This document shows positions 12,016-23,040 of a stretch of DNA of 64,000 bases, one piece after another. The DNA lies in NCBI RefSeq assembly GCF_963921235.1, contig NC_086097.1, forward strand, positions 205,656,001-205,720,000, in the 5' to 3' direction. A program made the position numbers and the translations under genes. How positions within the stretch are numbered: position 1 is the stretch's first letter; each line of letters starts with the position of its first letter. Under the pieces are notes generated by a model that worked only from the letters and a program-made list of their open reading frames with translations, ran no database searches and was not told the origin of the DNA. This DNA comes from Mobula hypostoma (taxonomy: Eukaryota).

Positions 12016-13925
12016 TTCATGTTCTATAGCAGCCATTTTAACTGATGGCATCAACTTACCTCAGAAACTGATCAAGAAGAACTGTTAAAAAATCTAAGGG
12101 GAATTATTTAAATGTAGTATACCACAGAAGTACTTGTGTTGCAAAAGAATTGTATCTAAGAAGTGGTAAGGCAAGTTACATTCTTCACAGAGAAATCTTT
12201 GCTTCTCCTACAACCTAGTATTAGTTGGGTACTCTGGTAGATTTGAGAACAATTGAAAGAGCAGGAACGGCTGCCTCCCTATCCAGACTATATACAATGT
12301 AGGAACATTCTAGATCTAGAGTGTGTCGGGGCAGGGGTGGAAGAATAGGCAAGCATAATGGTCAGGGAATCACTAAGTACAGAAATGCCACCGTTAACCA
12401 TTTTAGTTCACTAACCAGAAATGTTACAGGCAAGTTCCTCTGCATTAATATGCTGTGCCACAACTTTCCCTCTCCTTTCATTGTGTACTAACAGTGAAAC
12501 CATTTATCCAACCACTACACGGAATGACACACTGAAATTTAGACTCGCCAGTAGTAAAAAAAAAAGCCGATTCACAATGAGATGATTTTCATTTAGAAAT
12601 CAGCAATGTGGAATATAATCTTTTGATACCATTATTGTTAATATCATTATTGTTTTGCACAATTTCTCATTCTACAACATAACAGAACAATAGAAGGCTG
12701 GTACTCTTAAGATAATGTCCTTTGGGATTCCTTACATGTTTCATATTTTCTGCTCTGATAGTATCTGATCGGCATCAAGTACAACCGAAAAAAGTCAAGA
12801 GAAGAGGATTCATGATGAACTAAGGCTAATCTATAAACTACTGCATTATGAGTTTTGTCAGCTTGAGTAATGAGCAGATGTTCAAACACTAGATATTCAT
12901 TGTATTCATTATAAGGTTTCTAGCTGATGATTTAAAAGTTCAAGCTGGCATTTTCTGAAGAGTACAGCTTAGGGACTGAACTTGAAATTACGTCCTCCAG
13001 TTATGTTGCCAGTGCAAATTTATATGCAAATAGTCTACAAATCTTTTTAGCATTCGCACAAAATGTGATGGAAACACAAAAAGAATGTAATTTGAATATC
13101 GGTTGGAGCACAATCCATGGAAGGTTCTAAGGTGAAGAACAGAAAAAGGAGATGATTCCTCTTTCCCCTTACGAGTAAAACTGGAAAATAGAAAATAAAA
13201 AGCACACCACTCCCAGACTTAAAAAGTTAATTGCTGTGTGACGGAATTCCATTATCTTCTCCAAGGAATGATGTCGCCAAGAAGGCTACTGGGAAGAAAA
13301 TCTGCAGTTCTTTATAAACAGAGGATTACAATTGGGACAGGCCTCCCAGCTCTAGGTCTCACGTGCAGTCAGGAGCCAAGCAAGAAAAAAAGTGCATCAA
13401 GACACAGTAATGGAAAAAGTCAGTGGCCTGAATTCAATTCAAGTCAATATATCAGCAATCAGGCTAATTATACAAACTGAAGAGCCTGGGAAGGAAATAT
13501 TCCTGAGGATCAGGTTGGTTCAGGAAACATTATGTTAATGTAGGTAATTCTCTGTAACTGGTCACCTATAATCTGGACATGCTTAAAAAAATACGTTTCC
13601 ATTTCTGTGAGAATTGTAATGAATCTCAGAATGAAGTCCTAGTGCAACAACGGGTCCATCAGTGGTATGCTGCAATTGAGCAACACAATAGTACCACAAA
13701 AATTTTGATTCCAGGCAAGCAGTATCAATTCCCCAAGTCTACTAAAAGAGGTGTCGTGTTCTGAAGTACCTACCCAAAGAAGGGTCAAGGAATGAAATGA
13801 GATGGACCCTTGTGGCAGGATAATGTGGAGTCAACAGTGTTTAGAAAATAGAGTCGAAGGTGTTGAGGGGGGGGTGAGTGAGGTAGATAGGAAGAAAACT
13901 GGCTAAGGAGAAAAAGATTACTTAC

Positions 13926-14034
13926 TTGGTAAACAGTACTCTGCGTGTTGAGTTAATTGCACTGTCAACGCTATTAATAGCTTCACGAATAGAAGACTCA
14001 ACAAAGTTGTCCCCAGTCCGACTTCTCTGTGGAA
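13926..14034 (-). CDS. PXDNL: Peroxidasin-family exon (equivalent to exon 15), 109 bp
   Basis: ttctttccag|TTCCACAG ... TTTACCAA|GTAAG; encodes VPQRSRTGDNFVESSIREAINSVDSAINSTRRVLFTK. Confidence 0.93.
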
Positions 14035-14199
14035 CTGGAAAGAAGTAAAAACAGCTAAGAGCTGAGGCTAACATTCTTTCGAAACAAGGGTGCACATTGC
14101 CCCTAAACAGAACACTCAAACTGAAGATTCTGAAGAAATCAAATATGTCATTAGCAGTATGTAGGGGAGGCTATTCTGATAGGGGTATCCCTCACATTA

Positions 14200-14545
14200 A
14201 TAGCTAAGAGAATAAGGTAAGCACCTTCATCTGCCCATTGTCCCTTCCACCAATCACCTCCAGCTTCTTGCATCATTCCCACTTTACCCCTTCACTCACC
14301 TGCTTCTCAACACCCCCCCCCCCACCTCCCCACACACCATTTGCAAACTCTTGCTCCACTCCTTCCCCCCATCTTTTTATACTGGCCATGTTCCCACTTC
14401 CTTTCCTGTCCTGATGAAGGATTTAATACCAAAATGGCAACTGTCCAATTCCCTCCACAGATACTGCCTGAACTATTGAGTTCCCCGAGCTCTTTTATGC
14501 ATTGTTCCAGTTTTCCTGTATCTGCAGTCTCGTGTCTCCAACATG
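14200..14545 (+). mobile_element. Decayed Penelope-like 3' end
   Basis: C-rich tract, then GTCCTGATGAAGG (14408-14420) ...CACAGATACTGCCTGAACTATTGAGTTCC, similar to 8800-8935. Confidence 0.6.
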
Positions 14546-14819
14546 CAGAACTGCTTGTTTTTGTTTTCCTGGGTGTTCAAAGGAAGTGCAAGCAAATCTG
14601 AAATTTGGGCAGAAACTTGCAATAATGAAAAGCCTTTACATAATGAATAATGGCACTTAACTAACCACAAACTTGAAACACAAGTTGTTGTAATGTATGG
14701 CTTCAAAGACTGAAAATTCAGTTTCTGTAAATTAATCAGATTCCCAGAATATAAAACTAACCAAATGCAAAAGTGAACTTCAAGCAAAGAGCAAGAAATT
14801 GCAGGCCCTAGAAATATGC

Positions 14820-16930
14820 AACAGAATTTACAAGGGTATGGCTGGGAGTGGAGGGCCAGGGTTATAAGGAAAGTTTGAATTGGTTAGAACTTTATTCCCT
14901 AAAATGTAAAAGACTCAAGGGAGATTTAATAGCGATATACAAAATTATGAAGGGTATAGGCAGGGTAAATGCAAGCAGGCTTTTACCACTGAGGTTGGGT
15001 GAGACTACAACAGGAGGTTATGGACTAAGGGTGAAAGGTGAAATGTTTAAGGGGAATATGAGGGGAAACTTCTTCACTCAGAGCATTGTGAGATTGTGGA
15101 ATGAGCTACCAGCACAAATGATGCATGCAAGCACAATTTCAACATTCAAGAAAAGTTTGTATAGGTACACTGATGTAGGAGTATCGGGGAAGGGCTATTA
15201 ACCTGGTGCAAGTCAATATGAGGACAATATGAGTGAGGTTGATGTTCTGGAGCATGTTGATATTAAGGGAGAGGAGGTGTTGGAGTTGTTAAAATACATT
15301 AGGATGGATAAGTCCCCGGGGCCTGACGGAATATTCCCCAGGCTGCTCCACGAGGCGAGGGAAGAGATTGCTGAGCCTCTGGCTAGGATCTTTATGTCCT
15401 CGTTGTCCACGGGAATGGTACTGAAGGATTGAAGGGGGGCGAATGTTGTCCCCTTGTTCAAAAAAGGTAGTAGTGATAGTCCGGGTAATTATAGACCAGT
15501 GAGCCTTACGTCTGTGGTGGGAGAGCTGTTGGGAAAGATTCTTAGAGATAGGATCTATGGACATTTAGAGAATCATGGTCTGATCAGGGACAGTCAGCAT
15601 GGCTTTGTGAAGGGCAGATCGTGTCTAACAAGCCTGATAGAGTTCTTTGAGGAGGTGACCAGGCATATAGATGAGGGTAGTGCAGTGGATGTGATCTGTA
15701 TGGATTTTAGTAAGGCATTTGACAAGGCTCCACACAGTATGCTTATTCAGAAAGTTAGAAGGCATGGGATCCGGGGAAGTTTGGCCAGGTGGATTCAGAA
15801 TTGGCTTGCCTGCAGAAGGCAGAGGGTCAGGGTGGAGGGAATACATTCAGATTGGAGGATTGTGACTAGTGGTGTCCTACAAGGAACCTCTACTTTTCAT
15901 GATTTTTATTAACGACCTGGATGTGGGGGTAGAAGGGTGGGTTGGCAAGTTTGCAGATGACACAAAGGTTGGTGGTGTTGTAGATAGTGTAGAGGATTGT
16001 CGAAGATTGCAGAGAGACATGGATAGGATGCAGAAGTGGGCTGAGAAGTGGCAGAGAGAGTTCAACCTGGAGAAGTGTGAGGTGGTACACTTTGGAAGGA
16101 CAAACTCCAAGACAGAGTACAAAGTAAACGGCAGGATACTTGGTAGTGTGGAGGAGCAGAGGGATCTGGGGGAACGTGTCCACAGATCCCTGAAAGTTGC
16201 CTCACAGGTGGATAGGGTAGTTAAGAAAGCTTATGGGGTGTCAGCTTTCATAAGTCGAGGGATAGAGTTTAAGAGTCGCGATGTAATGATGCAGCTCTAT
16301 AAAACTCTGGTAAGGCCACACTTGGAGTACTGTGTCCAGTTCCGGTCGCCTCACTATAGGAAGGATGTGGAAGCATTGGAAAGGGTACAGAGGAGATTTA
16401 CCAGAATGCTGCCTGGTTTAGAGAGTATGCATTATGATCAGAGATTAAGGGAGCTAGGGCTTTACTCTTTGGGAAGAAGGAGGATGAGAGGAGACATGAT
16501 AGAGGTGTACAAGATAATAAGAGAATAGATAGAGTGGATAGCCAGCGCCTCTTCCCCAGGGCACCACTGCTCAATACAAGAGGACATGGCTTTAAGGTAA
16601 GGGGTGGGAAGTTCAAGGGGGATATTAGAGGAAGGTTTTTTACTCAGAGAGTGGTTGGTGCGTGGAATGCACTGCCTGAGTCAGTGGTGGAGGCAGATAC
16701 ACCAGTGAAGTTTAAGAGACTACTAGACAGGTATATGGAGGAATTTAAGGTGGGGACTTATATGGAAGGCGGGGTCTGAGGGTCGGCACAGCATTGTGGG
16801 CTGAAAGGCCTGTACTGTGCTGTACTATTCAATGTTCTATGTTCCAATATGAATAGGCAGTTTGAATGGTTCAGCATTGACTAGATGGGCCAAAGGGCTT
16901 GTTTCTGTGCGGCAGTATTCTATGACTCTA
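14820..16930 (+). mobile_element. Older CR1 3' fragment (14820-15221 and 16845-16930) hosting a younger CR1
   Basis: RLKGDLIAIYKIMKG, FFTQSIVRLWNELP; the tail resumes after the insertion. Confidence 0.75.
15222..16844 (+). mobile_element. 5'-truncated CR1 LINE (RT region), relatively young
   Basis: KSPGPDGI, NYRPVSLTSVVG, DFSKAFDK, KFADDTK, YKTLVRPHLEYC; CTATGTT-type tail; 8-bp TSD CAATATGA at 15214-15221 and 16845-16852. Confidence 0.92.
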
Positions 16931-16934
16931 TTAC

Positions 16935-17170
16935 CCGAAACTGAAAATACTGGGATACACAGCAGGTCAGGCAGCAGTTTGTTGGGTTAATTACATTTCA
17001 TCTGAACTGGTAACTATATTTATTTTGCTTTCTACCACTTCCATCTTCCACCTTTCCTCTAAACCTAATCTTTTTTGAACTTTGATGAAATGTCAACAAT
17101 CTGAAATGTTGGTGTGTTCATCTCTTTGCAGATGCTGCCCAGCATGCTGAGCATTTCTAACATTTCTATT
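16935..17170. mobile_element. Very decayed Penelope terminal-repeat pair
   Basis: CAGCAGGTCAGGCAGCA at the left and TTGATGAAATG...CTGAAATGTT...CAGATGCTGCCCAGCATGCTGAG at the right. Confidence 0.45.
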
Positions 17171-17184
17171 AAATATTAGTAGAC

Positions 17185-19172
17185 CTAATCTATCTACCTC
17201 TTTCAATATTCAAAAGCTTTCAATGAGATCCCCCCCCCCCATCCTTCAAAATTCCAGCAAGTACAGGCCCAGAGCCTTCAAATGTTCCTCAAATGATAAC
17301 CCTTTCAATTCTGCAATCATCCTGGTGAACCCTCTCCAATGACAGCACATCTTTTATTAGATGAGGAGGCCCAACCTGTTCACTTTTCTCAAGGTGAAGC
17401 CACATCAGTTCGTTATAAAGCCTCAGCATCATAACCCTGCTCTTATAATCCAAATCTCTTGAAGTTTTCTGATGACTCTGCTATAGTTGGATGCAGCAGC
17501 AAGGGAGATGAGGCTGAGTACAGGGCTACAGTAGGAAACTTTGTCACATGGTGTGAGCAGAATTATCTGCAGATTAATGTGAAAAAGACTAAGGAGCTGG
17601 TGGTAGACCTGAGGAGAGCTAAGGTACCGGTGACCCCTGTTTCCATCCAGGGGGTCAGTGTGGACATGGTCGAGGATTACAATTACCTGGGGATACGAAT
17701 TGACAATAAACTGGACAGGTCAAAGAACACTGAGGCTGTCTACAAGAAGGGTCAGAGTCGTCTCTATTTCCTGAGGAGACTGAGGTCCTTTAACATCTGC
17801 CGGACGATGCTGAGGATGTTCTACGAGTCTCTGGTGGCTAGTGCTATCATGTTTGCTGTTGTGTGCTGGGGCAGCAGGCTGAGGGTAGCAGACACCAACA
17901 GAATCAACAAACTCATTCGTAAGGCCAGTGATGTTGTGGAGATGGAAATGGACTCTCTGACGGTGGTGTCTGAAAAGAGAATGCTGTCTAAGTTGCATGC
18001 CATCTTGGACAATGTCTCCCATCCACTACATAATGTACTGGGTGGGCACAGGAGTACATTCAGCCAGAGACTCATTCCACCAAGATGCAACACAGAGCGT
18101 CATAGGAAGTCATTCCTGCCTGTGGCCATCAAACTTTACAACTCCTCCCTTGGAGGGTCAGACACCCTAAGCCAATAGGCTGGTCCTGGAGTTATTTCAT
18201 AATTTACATATTACTATTTAACTATTTATGGTTTTATTACTATTTATTATTTATGGTGCAACTGTAATGAAAACCATTTTCCCCTGGGATCAATAAAGTA
18301 TGACTATGACTATAAATGATTGCTGACATGGCATTCATGACTCAACCTGCAAGTTAACCTTTAGGGTGTTCTGCACAAGGACTCCAAAGTCCCTTTGCAT
18401 CTCAGATTTTTGCATTTTCTTCTCATTTAGAAAACAGTTTGCATATTTATTTCTACTACCAAAGTGCATGACCACGCATTTTCCAACACTGTATTCTATT
18501 TACCACTTTCTTGCCCATTCTCCTAATCTGTCTAAGTCCTTCTGCAGCCTACCTGATTACTCAACACTACCTGCCCCTCCAACTATCTTCGTATCATCTG
18601 TAAACTTGGCAACAAAGCCATCTATTCCATCATCGAAATCATTGATATACGGCATAAAAGAAGTGCTCCCTCACCGACCCCTGCAAACACCATTAGTCAT
18701 GGGCAGCCAACCAGAAAAGGATCCTTTTATTCCCACTCACTGCCCCCGATCAATCAGCCAATGCCCTTACCATGCTAGTAACTTTCCTGTAATACCATGG
18801 GCTCTTAACTTGGCAAGCATCAGATGTGGTACCTTGTCAAAGGCCTTCTGAAAATCAAAATATCCAACATCCATTGCATCCACTTTATCTATCCTACTTG
18901 TAATCTCCTCAAAGAATTCCAACAGGTTCGTCAGGCAAGATTTTTCCTTAAGGAAACCATGCTGACTTTGTCTCATCTTGCCCTGTGTCACCAAGTACAC
19001 CATAATCTCATTCTGAACAATCGACTCCAACATCTTCCCAACCAGTGAGGTCAGGCTAACTGGCCTGCAATTCCCTTTCTATTGCCTCCCTCCTTTCTTA
19101 AAGTGTGGAATGACATTTGCAATTTTCCAGTCCTGAGGAACCATGCCAGAGTCCAAAGATCCTTGAAAGATT
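17185..19172 (-). mobile_element. CR1 LINE fragment interrupted by a Rex1/Babar element
   Basis: QSQHGFLKEKSCLTNLLEFFE, DFQKAFDKVPH, DWKIANVIPHFKKG on the minus strand. Confidence 0.85.
17459..18313 (+). mobile_element. Rex1/Babar-like LINE 3' end with an uninterrupted 239-codon frame
   Basis: KFSDDSAIVG...NVKKTKELVVDLRR...RLYFLRRLRSF...KSFLPVAIKLYN; ends AATAAAG(TATGAC)n. Confidence 0.88.
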
Positions 19173-19189
19173 TTACCATCCAAGTCCAC

Positions 19190-19850
19190 ATCCAAAAATC
19201 TAAGGAAAAGAACTTGGGCAACACTCTTCACAGAGGCAGGCTCTGCCCTCTCTGATAGCATAGGAGAGCAATCAAAAGACAGGCAGCCATTGTTCACCCT
19301 TAACACTTGCATTGATGCTTCAGTCACCCTCGTTGCTTTAGTCGGCAAACAATGGAAGCTTTAATTGGCGAAATGGAGCCAAACATCAACTTGTGCTCCG
19401 TCCTGCAACCTGCCCACTATGAGGTTCACGCACACTGTCTCTGCCTCTTCAATCCTCTCAGAGACTGCAGTGTGTGAAGCATCCAAATGATCTCCAAACT
19501 TCTGCACTCGCCTTGATGTTTCAATTGCCTTTGTCATTTTAATCAGCAAATAATGGAAGCTATAATCAGCGAAATGTGGGCAAACATTGGCACCACTTGT
19601 CTTCTTGTATCCTTCTCACCACGAGGTTCGCTCATGCTGCCTCTGACTCCCAGAATCCCTGAGACTGCAGAATGCTGAAGAACCCAAACAATCTCCAAGC
19701 AGCAAAACACAATCTCCTACAATTCCAGAATCATATTCAAAGTGGGAAGTAAACATAAAAGACATAAAAGAAGAGACAAAGATGGTTCCATGATCTATCC
19801 AGAAGATGTCAATTAAAGGAGCATTATACACAAGCACCATCTTGACCAGA
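19190..19850 (-). mobile_element. Non-coding interspersed repeat, copy A (LINE-derived non-autonomous family)
   Basis: Starts TCTGGTCAAGATGGTG on minus; collinear similarity to 25945-26757 and 26822-27595. Confidence 0.7.
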
Positions 19851-20480
19851 ACATAAATTTAACAAGATTTAGCAGAAAGCACCAGTAGACAGGATTACAA
19901 AGTATGAGTTGCTTGAGAAAACACAAGGAACTCTAAACAATTAACAACTCTCATTAAAAAAACAATTAACCAATTCAGCTGCTCTAAAAACCTTGGAGCA
20001 CAACACTCTACAACACAGGCGTGAAGAGCTCACTACAGTCTGCAAGCTTTTATGCAATTAGGTTGCTGTCACGTATTTAGCTGATTAGATATTTGCACTA
20101 ATGTGCAGCTGTACCTAATAAAGTGGCTACTAAGTATGTATAGACATATTAGGATAAAAGCAAGGTGTATCGTTATGTGCTGGTATTGTCTTTAACTGGA
20201 TCATTTCAAAGAGCATAAAACTAATTTACTTAGGGTATGGGTTACTCCTTTCAAGGAATTATAGACAGTTCTAAGCACCTGTACACATAATGTATATCTA
20301 GATCACACGATTAATTACTGATTTGGTAATATGACGTTTATCATTTGTAACTTGTTTTACTGAGAAATTATGACAACTTGACATTGACATTGTGAGGTTA
20401 TTCTGATTCAAATCTTGGCACAATTTAAAGAATGATGAAAATTACTTTACCTACAAGATCATGAATGTGAAAGTACTTAC

Positions 20481-20637
20481 CAGTCACCTTTAACAGCATA
20501 TTTGTTGTTGCTTGGCCAATTGTGTTCCGAGCAGCACACTCATATCTCCCTGCGTCTGCTCGCCCAATGTCCCTGATTGTAAGTGTTCCCTCTGTATTAA
20601 CATGGAACTTTCCACTTTCTGTAATTTGAACTCCATC
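20481..20637 (-). CDS. PXDNL: Peroxidasin-family exon (equivalent to exon 14), second half of Ig4, 157 bp
   Basis: ttaaatag|GATGGAG ... GTGACTG|GTAAGT; encodes [52 protein letters not shown] (Ig I-set D-x-G-x-Y-x-C). This frame is absent from the ORF track and was read by hand. Confidence 0.95.
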
Positions 20638-22212
20638 CTATTTAATAAATATATATGGTTAAGGAATCGGTTGCCCTTAATGTTAAATAAACATTTTATA
20701 ATTTTATTAAACCCCTTCTCACTTTTCAGCATCATTTTATCTCCAACCTAAATAAGTTTCATAAATGGAAGGTAAAAAGTGTGTCTGTGGCTATGGATAT
20801 TTTCTTGAAACAATTTTATACAGGTATGTCAAATTATCGAAGAACAGAGATTTAATAGTAATTCACTTTTTTAGCAGTAATGTGGACAGGTTCCTAGACA
20901 ACCTAAGGCATCTACTTTATTGACAGCGAGACATTTTTTGGCCTTAATCTTTTCGTAGATGTAAATAACATCTATAATTACAAGAACCACCAGAAGAGCA
21001 AAGCACTGCCAAGCACTCTCTGTAGCACATTGTTTGAGCTTTATGGTGTATTTTTGGCTCATGCAAATTTCATTTAGAAAATATAGAAATAGTTCATCTT
21101 CAGATTATCCAATTGATGAATCTTCCTCATGTTGCTACATATAAAGGGACACAGCAAGCAACAGACTGCATTGCAGCAGAATTTTGTCAGTGTTTTTACA
21201 TGAAGATCTCACTCTGCAAAGTCCTTAGAATGTGACCTATTGCCTGGCAGAGAAACTGCTAAAAGAAACATTACCTTGTGACAAGATTCTCTCAATCGCC
21301 TAAAAAATCTCTGCAATATTATTCATAAATTGTAATTAGCTAATAAATATGTCTATTACTTTAAGACCACTAGTCAGGGAAGTGTAGGGAAGTGTCCAAG
21401 TAAGGCCTAAGCTCAATCAAAGTTAAATTGGTCTTTGGGGGGGGGAGGTTTTCAAACTGGCAGACACTTGTAAATTTCTGGGACAAGGCCAGAATAAAAC
21501 AGCATGTCTTTCTGTTTATAAATATCCTCGATACTTTGAACATGAAATCTGGTGTTTGATAGATGTACACACCATGTTGTATCATATGGTGTTTATTTTC
21601 CTGGGGAATGTACCTGGGGAGCGTATATTCTCATGGGAGCGTATATTCTCATGGGCAAAATGCAGAACATCTATCTGTTATTCTGCAGGCACACTACCGG
21701 AAATCTACATAACGATACTCTGAAGGTTATGGAGAGATGAAACTCACTTTTGGGGCTTCCTTAAATTCATGAGCTATAAAAGACAAAACTGTGTCGAAAA
21801 AGAATCTTTAAGTGGTGTAAGTGACTATAACTTGCATGTTTAAAGACTGGTGGAGAACAGATGTTCAGAAATTTAAGATGTTCAATAGTAATTTATCATC
21901 AAAATATGTCTATGTTATCATATACTACCTTGCGATTCATTTTTGTGCAGGCATTTATAAGGAAATTAAAATACAATAGAATTTTATGCATAAACATAGA
22001 TATATATAAACTACACATAAGCAAATACTGACAAACAACCAATGTGCAAAAGACAAATTGTGTAAGTAAGAACTAATACTGAGAACACAACTAGAACCGC
22101 GTTCTTGAAAGAAAGTCTGTAGGTTTTAGAATCAGTTCAAAGTAGTGTGTTTGAAGTTATCCATGCTGGTTCAGGAGGCTGATCATTCTCAGGTAATGAC
22201 AGTTCCTGAACT

Positions 22213-22248
22213 GTCCTGACGAAGGCTCTCGGCCTGAAACGTCGACTG
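22213..22248 (+). ncRNA. Minimal type I hammerhead ribozyme motif
   Basis: GUC-CUGACGA-AGGCUCUCGGCCU-GAAA-CG-UC^GACUG; predicted scissile bond after 22243. Confidence 0.8.
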
Positions 22249-22309
22249 CGCCTCTTCCTATAGATGCTGCTTGGCCTGCTGCGTTCACCAGCAACTTTGA
22301 TGTGTGTTG
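22213..22309 (+). mobile_element. 97-bp non-autonomous Penelope-derived element carrying a hammerhead ribozyme (copy 2)
   Basis: 8-bp TSD CCTGAACT at 22205-22212 and 22310-22317; the host LINE reads contiguously once it is removed; ends in a TG-rich tail. Confidence 0.9.
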
Positions 22310-22927
22310 CCTGAACTTGGTGGTGTGGGAACCTAAGGCTTCGGGAGCTCCTACCAGATGTTTTGGATGGTGGGGATTCTGATGTTGAATGCTGCCTTCT
22401 TGTAGCAGTGCCCCATCTAAGTGTATTCAGTGGTGGAGAGACTGTGATGGACTGGGCTGTATCCACCACTATCTGAAGCCTTTTCCATTCGTGGACACTG
22501 ATGTTGCCGTACCAAATTGTGATGGAAGTCACTAAAGTCTCCATCAGAGGACTGCAGTTTATATTTACAAACTCTTGTTTTCTGGTTGTGCAATGGAGAA
22601 GAATTTTTTGACATTAAATAATGTGACTACTAAACACATTTTCAATTATAATTCAATGTATGATACATTTACAGGTCAATAAATTGTCACTCAGCTAGAT
22701 CTTGAAATGACGCCAGATGCACAAGAACTGAAAATTTGACAGGAAGTCAACCAAGGTCAGGTGTTTATTTCTAAAATATAATCTGTAGGTTTATTAACAG
22801 TGACCTATCTGATGTTGCTTCTATCATCATCAAACATATAGATTAAAATATTAAGGTCACAAGATCAGGAAATATTTCATCCCACCAAAAGTCAGAATAT
22901 GTACACCCTTTTTGATTTCCCCCTTAC

Positions 22928-23040
22928 CTTAGTCCAGGTGATTGTGGGATGTGGTTCACCCTGAGCACTGCAAGGTATCTTTACATCCTGACCAACTTCT
23001 GCGGTGATATCCCGTGGTACATCAGTAAACACTGGTATCA
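22928..23040 (-). CDS. PXDNL: Peroxidasin-family exon (equivalent to exon 13), first half of Ig4, 113 bp
   Basis: gcactcag|TGATACC ... ACTAAG|GTAAGG; encodes [38 protein letters not shown]. Confidence 0.95.

Larger units (their letters stand above)
21860..22545 (-). mobile_element. Decayed Rex1/Babar-like 3' fragment hosting the hammerhead element
   Basis: SITIWYGNIS...KRLQIVVDTAQSIT; typical 3' UTR with GATAAATTAC/TTGAAC tail. Confidence 0.7.

Noticed and set aside
21617..21655. 18-bp tandem duplication GGGAGCGTATATTCTCAT x2
   Set aside because: Simple local slippage; two units without spacers, not an array.
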